A DNA stretch of 64,000 nt from an uncultured Candidatus Saccharibacteria bacterium (GCA_964651115.1 CAZYXJ010000001.1:42273-106272); one strand, 5' to 3'; positions 38,406-48,001 are shown, numbered from the stretch's first letter. Notes: generated by a model from the letters alone, not told the origin. A program made the numbers and translations.

Positions 38406-39800
38406 ATGAAAAATAGAACTAATATTAAAGACCTTAGTCAAAAAGTGGGGGAGGAGGTGGTAATTGCCGGCTGGGTGGATGTCCGCCGCGACCAGGGCAA
38501 AATGATCTTCTTCGACTTCCGCGATAAAACCGGTAAGGTGCAAGGCGTGATTCTTCCGGGCGCCAAAGAGGCGCACGCCGTGGGCGAAAAGCTCCGCCCC
38601 GAGTGGGTGGTCGAAGTAACGGGTAAGGTCAACGCTCGACCCGAGAAAAACATCCAAGCCGACAAACTAAACGGCGGGATTGAACTAGAAATTTTGGGAC
38701 TTAAAATTTTGAACGAAGCTACCACGCCGCCCATCCCACTCGGCGATGACGGGTACGAAATTGGTGAGGAGAACCGACTCAAGTATCGCTACTTAGACTT
38801 ACGCCGCGAGCGACTGCAAAAAAATCTTCGCCTACGCCACGAAGTAATCCGCCTGATCCGCAATCATTTAAGTGACCAAGGATTTGCGGAGGTCGAAACA
38901 CCGATTTTAACCAAATCAACGCCCGAAGGTGCTCGGGACTATGTTGTCCCTTCGCGGGTTTATCCCGGCAAATTCTACGCCCTGCCCCAGTCGCCCCAGC
39001 AATACAAACAATTGCTCATGGCCGCCGGTCTAGAGAACTATTTCCAAATTGCTCGCTGTTTCCGCGACGAGGACACTCGCGGTGATCGTCAGCCAGAATT
39101 TACTCAGTTAGATATGGAGTTGTCTTTTGTGGATCGCGAAGAGGTGATGGAACTTAACGAAGAGCTTTTGATTAAGATTGTCCAGACCCTCACGCCCGAG
39201 AAAAAAATTCAAACCATTCCCTTCCCGCGTCTAACCTACGCCGAAGCGATGGAAAAGTATGGCACTGACCGACCTGACTTGCGCGAAAATAAGGATGATC
39301 CAAACCTACTCGCTTTTTGCTGGGTAATCGATTTCCCCTTCTTTGAAAAAACCGAGGAAGGTGGCTGGACTTTTACTCACAACCCCTTCTCTCGGGCCAC
39401 CGCCGAATGGGAGAGCGCCCTCATGGAGAAGCGCGACCTCGAAAAGATTTTAACGACTCAGTATGACGTCGCCCTCAATGGCTTCGAAATTGGCGGCGGC
39501 TCGATTCGTAATCATCGGCCCGAGGCGCTCAAAAAAGTTTTTGAAATAATGGGCTTTAGCGAAGACAGAATTGTTAAAAACTTCGGCCACATGCTAGAAG
39601 CCTTGGGATCGGGGGCGCCACCACATGGCGGCATTGCCTGGGGTCTCGACCGCTTTATCTCTCTCTTGGCTGGCGAACCAAATATTCGAGAAGTAATTGC
39701 GTTCCCCAAAACCGGCGAGGGTCAAGACTTGATGATGAACGCCCCTTCAGACATCGAAGCTAAACAATTAAATGAACTCCGAATCAAAGTTTCAAGTTAA
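38406..39800 (+). CDS. aspS: Aspartate--tRNA ligase (bacterial type lacking the GAD insertion)
   Basis: RLKYRYLDLR, STPEGARDY, LPQSPQ, FRDED.R.DRQPEFTQ, APPHGG; 464 aa from ATG 38406. Confidence 0.97.
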   Translation: MKNRTNIKDLSQKVGEEVVIAGWVDVRRDQGKMIFFDFRDKTGKVQGVILPGAKEAHAVGEKLRPEWVVEVTGKVNARPEKNIQADKLNGGIELEILGLKILNEATTPPIPLGDDGYEIGEENRLKYRYLDLRRERLQKNLRLRHEVIRLIRNHLSDQGFAEVETPILTKSTPEGARDYVVPSRVYPGKFYALPQSPQQYKQLLMAAGLENYFQIARCFRDEDTRGDRQPEFTQLDMELSFVDREEVMELNEELLIKIVQTLTPEKKIQTIPFPRLTYAEAMEKYGTDRPDLRENKDDPNLLAFCWVIDFPFFEKTEEGGWTFTHNPFSRATAEWESALMEKRDLEKILTTQYDVALNGFEIGGGSIRNHRPEALKKVFEIMGFSEDRIVKNFGHMLEALGSGAPPHGGIAWGLDRFISLLAGEPNIREVIAFPKTGEGQDLMMNAPSDIEAKQLNELRIKVSS

Positions 39801-40512
39801 AGTTGGTGAGTTCGAGGGACCGCTCGAAGTTTTGTTGGGCTTAATCGAAGAGCGCAAATTGCACATTTCTCAAGTCTCGCTAGCGGCGGTGGCGGATTCT
39901 TTTATTGAGCATATGCAAAAATTTGGTGAGCAGCTAGAGAAGGGGATGATGGCCAACTTTGTCTTGGTGGCCTCGACCCTAATGCTGATCAAATCCATCT
40001 CTCTTCTGCCGACCCTGCCCATCACGCCCGAAGAATCGAGTGATATGCAGGACCTCGAAAGACGCCTCCGCTTACTAGAAAAGGTGCGCGTTGTCAGTGG
40101 CTTTATTAAGGAGCGCTTTGGCCATCAGATCATTTTTACCCCGGCTGGTCAGAGAGCGCGTCTCGTGGTTTTTGCGCCCGCTCACGACCTCACTTTGACC
40201 ACCGTCGTCGAAGCGATCAAAGCGGTGATCAATAATTTACCAAAAACCGAAATAATCCCTCAAGTTGTCGTCAGAAAAGTTTTAAGTTTAGAAGAGGCAA
40301 TTACCGATCTGGCCAAACGAGTCCAGGGGGCTCTGCGGATGAGTTTTAAAGATTTTGTCCGAGATAAAGCAGAAAAAGTTAACGTCATTGTTAGCTTTTT
40401 GGGCATGCTCGAACTAGTCAAACGGGGCATTGTGACCGTCGAGCAGTCCGCTCAGTTTGACGACATCGCCATCGAAACAGCTGGCCCCAGCAGTGTGCCG
40501 CGTTACGAATAA
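39772..40512 (+). CDS. scpA: Segregation and condensation protein A (kleisin)
   Basis: FEGPLEVLL.LI, FVLVASTL..IKS, FLGMLEL..Q...F. Confidence 0.93.
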   Translation: MNSESKFQVKVGEFEGPLEVLLGLIEERKLHISQVSLAAVADSFIEHMQKFGEQLEKGMMANFVLVASTLMLIKSISLLPTLPITPEESSDMQDLERRLRLLEKVRVVSGFIKERFGHQIIFTPAGQRARLVVFAPAHDLTLTTVVEAIKAVINNLPKTEIIPQVVVRKVLSLEEAITDLAKRVQGALRMSFKDFVRDKAEKVNVIVSFLGMLELVKRGIVTVEQSAQFDDIAIETAGPSSVPRYE

Positions 40513-40574
40513 TTATCGACATTTCTGGTTTTGCGAAAAACCCCCAAACCAGCTATACTGCTCAACAATTAGTC

Positions 40575-41099
40575 ATGCCACGTCACGCCCAAATTGAGGC
40601 AATTTTATTTTGGAAAGCCGAGCCGGTCCCGCTGGCTGATCTGGCCGCTTGGCTAGATTGTTCTCCGGAAGAAATTTCCTCCGCCCTCGAAGAATTGAGC
40701 CAAAAGTTAGCTGACCGGGGACTGACCCTAATTCACGACGAACTTTCGGCGACCCTGGGAACCCAGCCCGCCGCCAGCGAATTAATCGCCAAACTAACCA
40801 AAGAGGAACTCTCTCGCGACCTGGGTAAGGCCGCGCTCGAAACGCTCTCCATCGTCGCCTACAAGGGACCAATCACTCGAGCCGAAATCGACTACATTCG
40901 CGGAGTTAATTCCAGTTTTATTCTCCGCGCGCTGCAAATTCGTGGCTTGGTGGAGCGGCTCACTAACCCAGCCGACGCTCGCACTTATCTCTACCAACCC
41001 ACTCTAGAATTGTGGCAATATCTCGGCCTAACTTCGCCTAACGACCTACCCGATCGCGAAGCCGTTCGAGCCGAGCTAACCATTAATTCTCAAAATTAA
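40575..41099 (+). CDS. scpB: Segregation and condensation protein B
   Basis: IEAILF, ALETLSIVAYKGPITRAEIDYIRGV. Confidence 0.95.
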   Translation: MPRHAQIEAILFWKAEPVPLADLAAWLDCSPEEISSALEELSQKLADRGLTLIHDELSATLGTQPAASELIAKLTKEELSRDLGKAALETLSIVAYKGPITRAEIDYIRGVNSSFILRALQIRGLVERLTNPADARTYLYQPTLELWQYLGLTSPNDLPDREAVRAELTINSQN

Positions 41100-41100
41100 T

Positions 41101-42156
41101 ATGTTGATTACTTTTTTCAAAGTTTTTGCACCTATCACCTTATCTTTCTTTGTGGGTATCGCCATCGCCCCAGTGCTGACTAACTATCTATATCGTCATA
41201 AGTTGTGGAAGCGTCGCGCCGGCAAGATTGATCCTAGCGGCAACGCTACCCCCATCTTTAACAAACTCCACGAACACAAAGAGACGGGCACGCCCAGAAT
41301 GGGCGGTGTGATCATTTGGGCTAGCACGTTGATCACCGTGGCGGCCCTGGTTTTGGCCTCAATCTTTTTGCCCGGTGATTTATGGGATCGACTTAATTTT
41401 TTGTCACGCGGACAAACCTGGATCCCATTCGTGACGCTTATCTTTGGCTCGCTGGTTGGATTAATCGATGACTGGCTTGAGGTCAGAGGCACGGGGCGTT
41501 ACGCCTCAGGCGGGTTACCATTTAAACAACGCTTAATTATTGTTTTAGGCATTGCGCTAGCGATCGGACTGTGGTTTTTTTGGAAGCTAGAAGTGCAAAC
41601 TTTATTCGTGCCGTTTGTGGGAGAAATTTTCGTTGGTTGGTGGTTGGTACCAATTTTTATGGCGGTGATCGCCGCCCTATTCTCTAGCGGCGTCATTGAT
41701 GGATTGGATGGTTTAGCCGGGGGAGTGATGGCCATTATTTTTGCCACCTACACGGCCTTAGCCTTCTTCGAAAACCAAATTGACTTGGCCGCCTTAACGG
41801 CTTCCATTACTGGCGCGACCTTAGCCTTTTTGTGGTTCAATATTCCGCCCGCACGCTTCTACATGTCCGAGACGGGGATTATGGGATTGACCCTCACCTT
41901 GGGCGTGGTGGCTTTCCTCACCAATTCCGTTCTGCTCTTGCCGCTCTTGGCCTTCCCTTTATTCGCCACCGTTTTGGGCAACGTCATTCAACTTGGCTCC
42001 AAAAAACTACGGGGCAGAAAGGTGTTTTTGGTTGCTCCCATCCACCACCACTTTGAAGCCATCGGTTGGCCCGCCTACAAAGTAGTGATGCGTTATTGGG
42101 TAATCGGTATCATTACCGCCATTCTCGGCTTAATCATCACTCTTATTGGCCGCTAA
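41101..42156 (+). CDS. mraY: Phospho-N-acetylmuramoyl-pentapeptide transferase
   Basis: GTPRMGG, GLIDD, DGLDGLA, APIHHHFE. Confidence 0.95.
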   Translation: MLITFFKVFAPITLSFFVGIAIAPVLTNYLYRHKLWKRRAGKIDPSGNATPIFNKLHEHKETGTPRMGGVIIWASTLITVAALVLASIFLPGDLWDRLNFLSRGQTWIPFVTLIFGSLVGLIDDWLEVRGTGRYASGGLPFKQRLIIVLGIALAIGLWFFWKLEVQTLFVPFVGEIFVGWWLVPIFMAVIAALFSSGVIDGLDGLAGGVMAIIFATYTALAFFENQIDLAALTASITGATLAFLWFNIPPARFYMSETGIMGLTLTLGVVAFLTNSVLLLPLLAFPLFATVLGNVIQLGSKKLRGRKVFLVAPIHHHFEAIGWPAYKVVMRYWVIGIITAILGLIITLIGR

Positions 42157-42158
42157 GC

Positions 42159-43256
42159 ATGAGTCGCACCAAACCAGATCGCTTATTTTTCTTTCTCGTC
42201 CTGGGCCTATCCTTGCTAGGATTTTTCGTCTTCTCCTCCGCTTCTTTAGGACTTCTCAGTCGAGAGGGCGCCACCGTCGGAACGGTGGCGCTAAAACAAT
42301 TCCTAATTTTACTGGTTAGTTGGTTAGTTTTTTTAATCGTCTCGGCGATTGATTACCGCTTGTGGCGAAAATACAGTCTGATTTTATTTGTGGCTTCGGT
42401 GGTAGCGACGCTCTTGGTCTTTGTGCCCGGACTCGGCTTTGCCTCAGGCGGAGCGAGGCGCTGGATTCTTTTGGGCTCACTCACCATCCAGCCCTCAGAA
42501 TTTTTGAAATTAGGTTACGTCTTATTTCTCGCTGCCTGGTTAGCCAAAAATAAAAACGACCTCAGCCGCCCGCGCCAAGGATTATTCCCATTCCTCATCC
42601 TGCTCGGGATCATTGGCGTCGTAATGGCTCTCCAGCCAGACATCGACACGCTGGTAATTATGTTCAGTGCCGGCTTAGCCATGTTTTTCGTCGCCGGCGC
42701 TCGATGGCGAGACTTATTTATTCTGTGCCTACTGGTCGTCGTTGGCATTGCTGGCGTGGCAACCTACAAACCCTATATCGTTGCCCGAGTTAAAACCTTT
42801 ATTAACCCCGACGCCAACATCTTGGGATCAAGTTATCAAATAAATCAATCACTGATTGCCATTGGCTCCGGGGGAATATTTGGCCGCGGCTTTGGCCAAA
42901 GCATTCAAAAGTTTAAATATCTACCAGAACCGATCGGCGACTCAATCTTTTCGGTCGCGAGCGAAGAGTTTGGCTTCGTCGGCGCAACCACGATCTTGGC
43001 TGTCTTCCTCCTCTTTGCTTTGGCGGGCTTCCGGATCGCCACCCGGGCCCCCAATCAGTTCGGTAGACTGGTCACCGTGGGGATTGTTATAATGATTATG
43101 ACCGGAACATTTATTAATATCGCCTCAATGCTCGGGGTGATTCCGCTCACAGGGACCCCCTTACTCTTTGTGAGTCACGGCGGAACGGCTCTCTTGTTTG
43201 CCTTATTAGAAGCCGGAATTATTGTAAGTATTTCAAGACACACCCGACAATCATGA
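42159..43256 (+). CDS. ftsW: SEDS family peptidoglycan polymerase FtsW
   Basis: GARRWI, QPSEFLK, QPD, YQ..QSLIAIGSGG; between mraY and murG; start ATG 42159. Confidence 0.92.
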   Translation: MSRTKPDRLFFFLVLGLSLLGFFVFSSASLGLLSREGATVGTVALKQFLILLVSWLVFLIVSAIDYRLWRKYSLILFVASVVATLLVFVPGLGFASGGARRWILLGSLTIQPSEFLKLGYVLFLAAWLAKNKNDLSRPRQGLFPFLILLGIIGVVMALQPDIDTLVIMFSAGLAMFFVAGARWRDLFILCLLVVVGIAGVATYKPYIVARVKTFINPDANILGSSYQINQSLIAIGSGGIFGRGFGQSIQKFKYLPEPIGDSIFSVASEEFGFVGATTILAVFLLFALAGFRIATRAPNQFGRLVTVGIVIMIMTGTFINIASMLGVIPLTGTPLLFVSHGGTALLFALLEAGIIVSISRHTRQS

Positions 43257-44380
43257 AAATAGTTTTTACTGGCGGCGGAACAGGCGGGCACTTTTACCCC
43301 TTAATTGCTGTCGCTCAAGAGCTTAATGAGCTAGTCAAAGAAAAGCGCCTCGTCGGCGTTAAGCTCTACTATTTTTCTGACACTCCCTACAACTCACAAT
43401 TATTGTACGAAAATAATATCGAATTTGTAGCGATCCCGGCCGGAAAATTGCGCCGCTATTTTTCGCTAAAAAACCTTACGTCCGCGGTGGTGACGGGGTG
43501 GGGGATTATCACTGCCCTCATTAAGCTCTATTTGATTTTCCCTGACGCCATTTTTAGCAAGGGAGCTTACGCCAGCTTCCCCAGCTTATGGGCGGCCCGA
43601 CTTCTGGGTATTCCCGTAATCATCCACGAATCGGATGCCCATCCAGGCAGAGTCAGTTTGTGGTCAGGGAAATTTGCTCGCCGAGTAGCCGTGTCTTACC
43701 CCGAAGCTGCCACTTATTTCCCGCCTGATCGAACAGCCGTAACTGGCAACCCAATTAGACGCGAACTACGTCAACCTATCACCCTCGGCGCACGAGAATT
43801 TCTTAAGCTAGAACCAAATCTGCCGACCATCTTTATCACCGGCGGCTCATTGGGCGCCCAAGCCATTAATGACGTCGTCCTCGATATTTTGCCGGAATTA
43901 GTTAAAAAGTTTCAAATCATCCATCAGGTGGGGGACCGGAACTTAGACGATGTTAAAAAAAGAGCAGCTCTCAAGCTTGAAGATTCTCCAGATAGGAATC
44001 GCTACCAAATCCACGGCACTCTCAATACCTCGGCCATGCAAATGGTCGCCGGAGTGGCCGATCTGGTGATTAGCCGAGCTGGTTCAATTATTTTCGAAAT
44101 CGCGATTTGGGGAACGCCGTCGATTATTATTCCGATCCCCGAAGAAATCAGCCACGACCAGCGTCACAACGCTTTTAACTACGCTCGCTCGGGCGGCGCG
44201 ATCGTCATCGAACAAAGCAATTTAACTCCCTCCGTCCTCTTGGGCGAAATCAACCGCCTCTTAAGCAATCCCCAAACCCTAGCCACGATGAAGGCCGGAG
44301 CCAAAAATTTTTCTCGGCCCGAGGCCGCTCACTTAATTGCTTACGAACTCTTAAATCTAGCTCTGGAACATGAACAATAA
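43253..44380 (+). CDS. murG: Lipid II GlcNAc transferase MurG
   Basis: GGGTGGH, HESD, GNPIR, GGSLGA, Q..NA. Confidence 0.97.
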   Translation: MKIVFTGGGTGGHFYPLIAVAQELNELVKEKRLVGVKLYYFSDTPYNSQLLYENNIEFVAIPAGKLRRYFSLKNLTSAVVTGWGIITALIKLYLIFPDAIFSKGAYASFPSLWAARLLGIPVIIHESDAHPGRVSLWSGKFARRVAVSYPEAATYFPPDRTAVTGNPIRRELRQPITLGAREFLKLEPNLPTIFITGGSLGAQAINDVVLDILPELVKKFQIIHQVGDRNLDDVKKRAALKLEDSPDRNRYQIHGTLNTSAMQMVAGVADLVISRAGSIIFEIAIWGTPSIIIPIPEEISHDQRHNAFNYARSGGAIVIEQSNLTPSVLLGEINRLLSNPQTLATMKAGAKNFSRPEAAHLIAYELLNLALEHEQ

Positions 44381-45665
44381 AGTTATCACTCGCTTCCCAC
44401 CTTCGCCGACGGGCTATTTCCATATCGGTCGCGCCCGGACCGCTTTGTTTAATTATCTTTTTGCGCGTCAACATGGCGGCCAAATGATTTTTCGGATCGA
44501 AGATACTGATCAGCAACGTTCCAAAAAAGAATTTGAAATCGACTTAATCGAGGGGCTAAAGTGGCTAGGTCTGAGCTGGGACAATCCCGAGATCCCACGT
44601 CAATCCGATCGCACCGATCGCTACCGAGACGAATTAGCAAAACTTTTAGCGGCCGGGCAGGCCTACGTTTCGCGCGAAAAGCACGAAGAAACCGGCCTCG
44701 AATCCGAGGTGGTGCGACTCAAAAATCCAAATCGACAACTAACTTTTACTGACTTAATTCGTGGCGAAATAACCTTCGACACCACCGAACTGGGCGACTT
44801 CATTATTGCTCGCAGTATTACCGATCCACTCTACCATCTAACCGTCGTGGTTGATGATTTCGATATGGGGATTACGCACGTCATTCGGGGCGAAGACGGC
44901 ATCTCCAACACGCCGCGGCAGATTTTGATTCAAGAAGCCATTGGCGCCCCACGGCCAATTTATGCCCACCTACCATTCATTTTAGAGCGAGATCGTTCTA
45001 AGATGTCGGGCCGCCACGGCGCCGTGAGCGTTAGGGACTACCGTGAAAAAGGTTACTTGCCAGAAGCGCTAATTAACTACCTCGCGCTACTAGGCTGGCA
45101 TCCTGAGGATGATCAAGAAATCTTTACTCTGGAAGATTTGGTCACCGCCTTCCAATTAACTCGCGTCCAAAAAGGGGGGGCCATCTTCGACTTAGAAAAA
45201 TTAAACTGGTTAAACCGAGAACATCTTAAGCGCAAAACTGACGTCGAACTAATCGCTTTAATTGCCCCCCGCTGGCCAGAGGCCTCGACCGAATTAATCA
45301 GACGTGCCCTACCAGAACTCCGCTCACGCCTCACAACCCTAGCTGACGTTGATCAGATGGTGGCCAGTGGCGAACTAGATTTTTACGTTCATCCGCCAGC
45401 TCCCAGTCGCGAACTCCTGCGTTCAACTGCTCACTTAGGACAATTAATCTTGTTGTTAAACGCAGTGCCAGATAATGAATTTACCGCCGACAAAGTTAAG
45501 GCCGCGGTCTGGGACTTCGCCACCGCCGAAGGGCGGGGGATTGTCTTGTGGCCCTTTCGCGTCGCGCTCTCGGGTCGAGAGAAATCTCCCGATCCGTTTG
45601 CTATCGCCGCGGTTTTGGGTAAAAATGAGACGATCAAACGTCTCACCCATGCCGCCACTCTTTAA
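44370..45665 (+). CDS. gltX: Glutamate--tRNA ligase (compact)
   Basis: RFPPSPTG, HIGR, RIEDTD, ITHVIRGED, KMSGR. Confidence 0.95.
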   Translation: MNNKVITRFPPSPTGYFHIGRARTALFNYLFARQHGGQMIFRIEDTDQQRSKKEFEIDLIEGLKWLGLSWDNPEIPRQSDRTDRYRDELAKLLAAGQAYVSREKHEETGLESEVVRLKNPNRQLTFTDLIRGEITFDTTELGDFIIARSITDPLYHLTVVVDDFDMGITHVIRGEDGISNTPRQILIQEAIGAPRPIYAHLPFILERDRSKMSGRHGAVSVRDYREKGYLPEALINYLALLGWHPEDDQEIFTLEDLVTAFQLTRVQKGGAIFDLEKLNWLNREHLKRKTDVELIALIAPRWPEASTELIRRALPELRSRLTTLADVDQMVASGELDFYVHPPAPSRELLRSTAHLGQLILLLNAVPDNEFTADKVKAAVWDFATAEGRGIVLWPFRVALSGREKSPDPFAIAAVLGKNETIKRLTHAATL

Positions 45666-46917
45666 AACAATTTTGTTTTCACTCATCTTTATCCTCGGCT
45701 TAACGCCAGGGTCAACCGCTTTAGCTCAAGCTTCGCTCTCAGATCTCCAAAGTCAAATTCGCGACCGTAATTCCAAAATCGAAGCTCTGGAAAAAGAGAT
45801 CGCCGCCTACCAAAAAAACATTTCTACCACCCAAGCTCAAGCCAGCACATTGAAGGGGGAAATGGCTCGACTGGACGCCGCGCTTAAAAAACTTAATGCT
45901 GACGTTAGATTAACCCAAGCAGAAATCGAGCGAGCGGAATTAACTCTCAAAAAACTTGGTCTCGAGATTGGCCGCAAAAGTCAGGGGATTGAGGCGCAGG
46001 TTGCCGCCCTGGCTTTTTCTCTCCGTCGTCACCGGGAATTAACTCAAGCTAGTTTTTTAGAATTGGCCTTAGCTGATGAAAGTCTCAACGCGCTCTGGAG
46101 CGAAGAGGGTAAATTAGAAAAACTCCAAGGGGGGATTGTAACTACGATGGACGAGCTCCGCACCGCCAAAGCCGACCTCGAGGATCAGCACCAAGCCACG
46201 GAAAAGGAACAAAAGAAACTGCTCGCCCTAAAAGCCCAATTAGCTGATCAACAAAAAATCGAGAACAATAATAAAAAAGAAAAAAGCGCTCTCCTAGCCG
46301 CCACCCAAAACCAAGAAGCCAACTACAAAAAGCTTTTAGCGGACCGCCAAGCCCAGAAGGCGGCCTTCGAGCGGGAACTTTTTGCCTTCGAATCACAGCT
46401 TAAGCTAGCCGTTGACCCAGCCAAAATTCCTAATCGTGGCAAAATCTTTTCCTGGCCCTTAGATAACGTTTTTATCACTCAATACTTCGGCCGAACAGTC
46501 GACGCCGCTCGGCTATACGTCTCCGGCACTCATAATGGCATCGACTTACGAGCGGCTGACGGTACCCCCGTCAAAGCGGCGGGCTCCGGCATCGTCACCG
46601 CCACCGGCAATACCGACGAACAGGTGGGTTGCTACTCCTACGGTCGCTGGGTTCTCCTGCGCCATCCCAATGGCCTCTCCACGCTCTACGCTCATCTCAG
46701 TCTCACCAAGGTAGCCACTGGCCAAGCGATCACCGCTGGTCAATTAATCGGCTATTCCGGCCGTACGGGCTACGCTACCGGCCCTCACTTACACTTCTCC
46801 GTCTACGCCTCGGAAGGCGTCCGTGTTCAACGCTACGTGACCAGCATAAACTGTCAGAACGTCACCATCCCCATGGCTGACCCCAAAGCTTATCTTGATC
46901 CACTGCTATACCTCTAA
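45649..46917 (+). CDS. Coiled-coil plus M23 peptidoglycan endopeptidase (EnvC/CwlO-like architecture)
   Basis: Signal peptide from ATG 45649, long coiled coil, HNGID, YAHL, TGPHLH. Confidence 0.88.
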   Translation: MPPLFKTILFSLIFILGLTPGSTALAQASLSDLQSQIRDRNSKIEALEKEIAAYQKNISTTQAQASTLKGEMARLDAALKKLNADVRLTQAEIERAELTLKKLGLEIGRKSQGIEAQVAALAFSLRRHRELTQASFLELALADESLNALWSEEGKLEKLQGGIVTTMDELRTAKADLEDQHQATEKEQKKLLALKAQLADQQKIENNNKKEKSALLAATQNQEANYKKLLADRQAQKAAFERELFAFESQLKLAVDPAKIPNRGKIFSWPLDNVFITQYFGRTVDAARLYVSGTHNGIDLRAADGTPVKAAGSGIVTATGNTDEQVGCYSYGRWVLLRHPNGLSTLYAHLSLTKVATGQAITAGQLIGYSGRTGYATGPHLHFSVYASEGVRVQRYVTSINCQNVTIPMADPKAYLDPLLYL

Positions 46918-46937
46918 TCCTTTGTTATAATAAATTC

Positions 46938-47159
46938 ATGATTCAACAAAAGAACAGGGGACTAATCAAACTGCTGCTCCTAATTATTGTGGCGATTATT
47001 GTGTTGGGTTATTTTCGCATTGACCTCCGATCAATTATTGAGTCCGAAGCCGTCCAGACTAATCTGGATTATGCCTGGGCCTTGGTCGTCAAATTCTGGG
47101 ATCAAATCGTTATTGACCTGATTTGGGAGAATTTTAAGGGCCTCAAAAACCGAATTTAG
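46938..47159 (+). CDS. Small membrane protein
   Basis: 73 aa with an N-terminal TM after NRG-L (prepilin-like junction); leaderless TATAAT at 46926. Confidence 0.7.
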   Translation: MIQQKNRGLIKLLLLIIVAIIVLGYFRIDLRSIIESEAVQTNLDYAWALVVKFWDQIVIDLIWENFKGLKNRI

Positions 47160-47195
47160 CCAAATTTGACAGATTTCATCTAATATTGTGGGGTA

Positions 47196-47224
47196 TTGAC
47201 AGCCACCCATGGCTGTGCTATGAT
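47196..47224 (+). promoter_or_regulatory. Sigma-70 promoter with an operator-like inverted repeat in the spacer
   Basis: TTGACA-17-TATGAT; ACAGCCA-N4-TGGCTGT at 47199-47216. Confidence 0.7.
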
Positions 47225-47308
47225 GGTCTTGTAGGGATTGACGAAATGGCTTATTAGAGCCATTTTTCATTTCTACATCCTATTTATACCTCAATCTTAC
47301 AAATAAGC

Positions 47309-47713
47309 TTGGCAAGCTTAATAGCGTTAAACAGTCAGTTGACCACGAATGATAGCCTTACTGCAAGTGTGACGCTCGCTAACCCAGTTTCCGCCCAAGT
47401 CCAGAGTCTGCACGACATTATTACGAGCAAAGCCGAGGACGCGGGAGTTGGTAGTAAACTCGCTCTGAAAGTAGCTTTCTGCGAAAGTACCCTGCGCCAG
47501 TTCGACAAGGACGGAAAGGTACTCCGCGGATTGCACAATCCTGATGACGTCGGTTTGTTCCAGATCAATGAGCACTTCCACTTAGCGAAGAGCCAGGAGC
47601 TGGGCTACGACATCTACACCACTGAGGGTAATATCGATTACGCGATGTGGTTGATTAAGAACGAGGGGATCTATCACTGGAAGTGGAGCCAACCTTGTTG
47701 GGGTAAGGCCTAA
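47309..47713 (+). CDS. Lysozyme-like/lytic transglycosylase (SLT-like) protein; start uncertain, possibly ATT 47282
   Basis: CES catalytic Glu motif, GLFQIN, GNI.YA, W..S..CW. Confidence 0.8.
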   Translation: MASLIALNSQLTTNDSLTASVTLANPVSAQVQSLHDIITSKAEDAGVGSKLALKVAFCESTLRQFDKDGKVLRGLHNPDDVGLFQINEHFHLAKSQELGYDIYTTEGNIDYAMWLIKNEGIYHWKWSQPCWGKA

Positions 47714-47726
47714 GCAAACTAACTGT

Positions 47727-47767
47727 CAAAAATCACCAGTCCGAATTAACGGAGCTGGTGATTTTTG
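47727..47767. terminator. Bidirectional intrinsic terminator
   Basis: CAAAAATCACCAG...CTGGTGATTTTTG stem with A and T tails. Confidence 0.75.
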
Positions 47768-47808
47768 TAGTTTGAATCAAAAACTTAAATTTGCTTGAAT
47801 AAGCATTC

Positions 47809-47916
47809 ATGGGAGAAAAGATCCTAATGTACGGCAAAGCTTTATTGATCCTGGTGGCATGGCTCCTATTCCTCGGGGGGATTAAGTTTTTGGAATGGTT
47901 AGAGTTGAAGGAATAA
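47809..47916 (+). CDS. Candidate 35-aa membrane peptide
   Basis: MGEKILMYGKALLILVAWLLFLGGIKFLEWLELKE, one TM. Confidence 0.4.
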   Translation: MGEKILMYGKALLILVAWLLFLGGIKFLEWLELKE

Positions 47917-47935
47917 ACTAATTTTTTAAAATACA

Positions 47936-47963
47936 ATGTCGCAAAATATATGTTGTGCGACGT
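47936..47963. other. dif-like Xer recombination site (11-6-11)
   Basis: ATGTCGCAAAA-TATATG-TTGTGCGACGT; near-palindromic arms resembling the XerC arm; intergenic between convergent blocks. Confidence 0.55.
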
Positions 47964-48001
47964 TATGTTTGTTTTAATCCCCAGCGCCGACCCTCCCTTC
48001 C

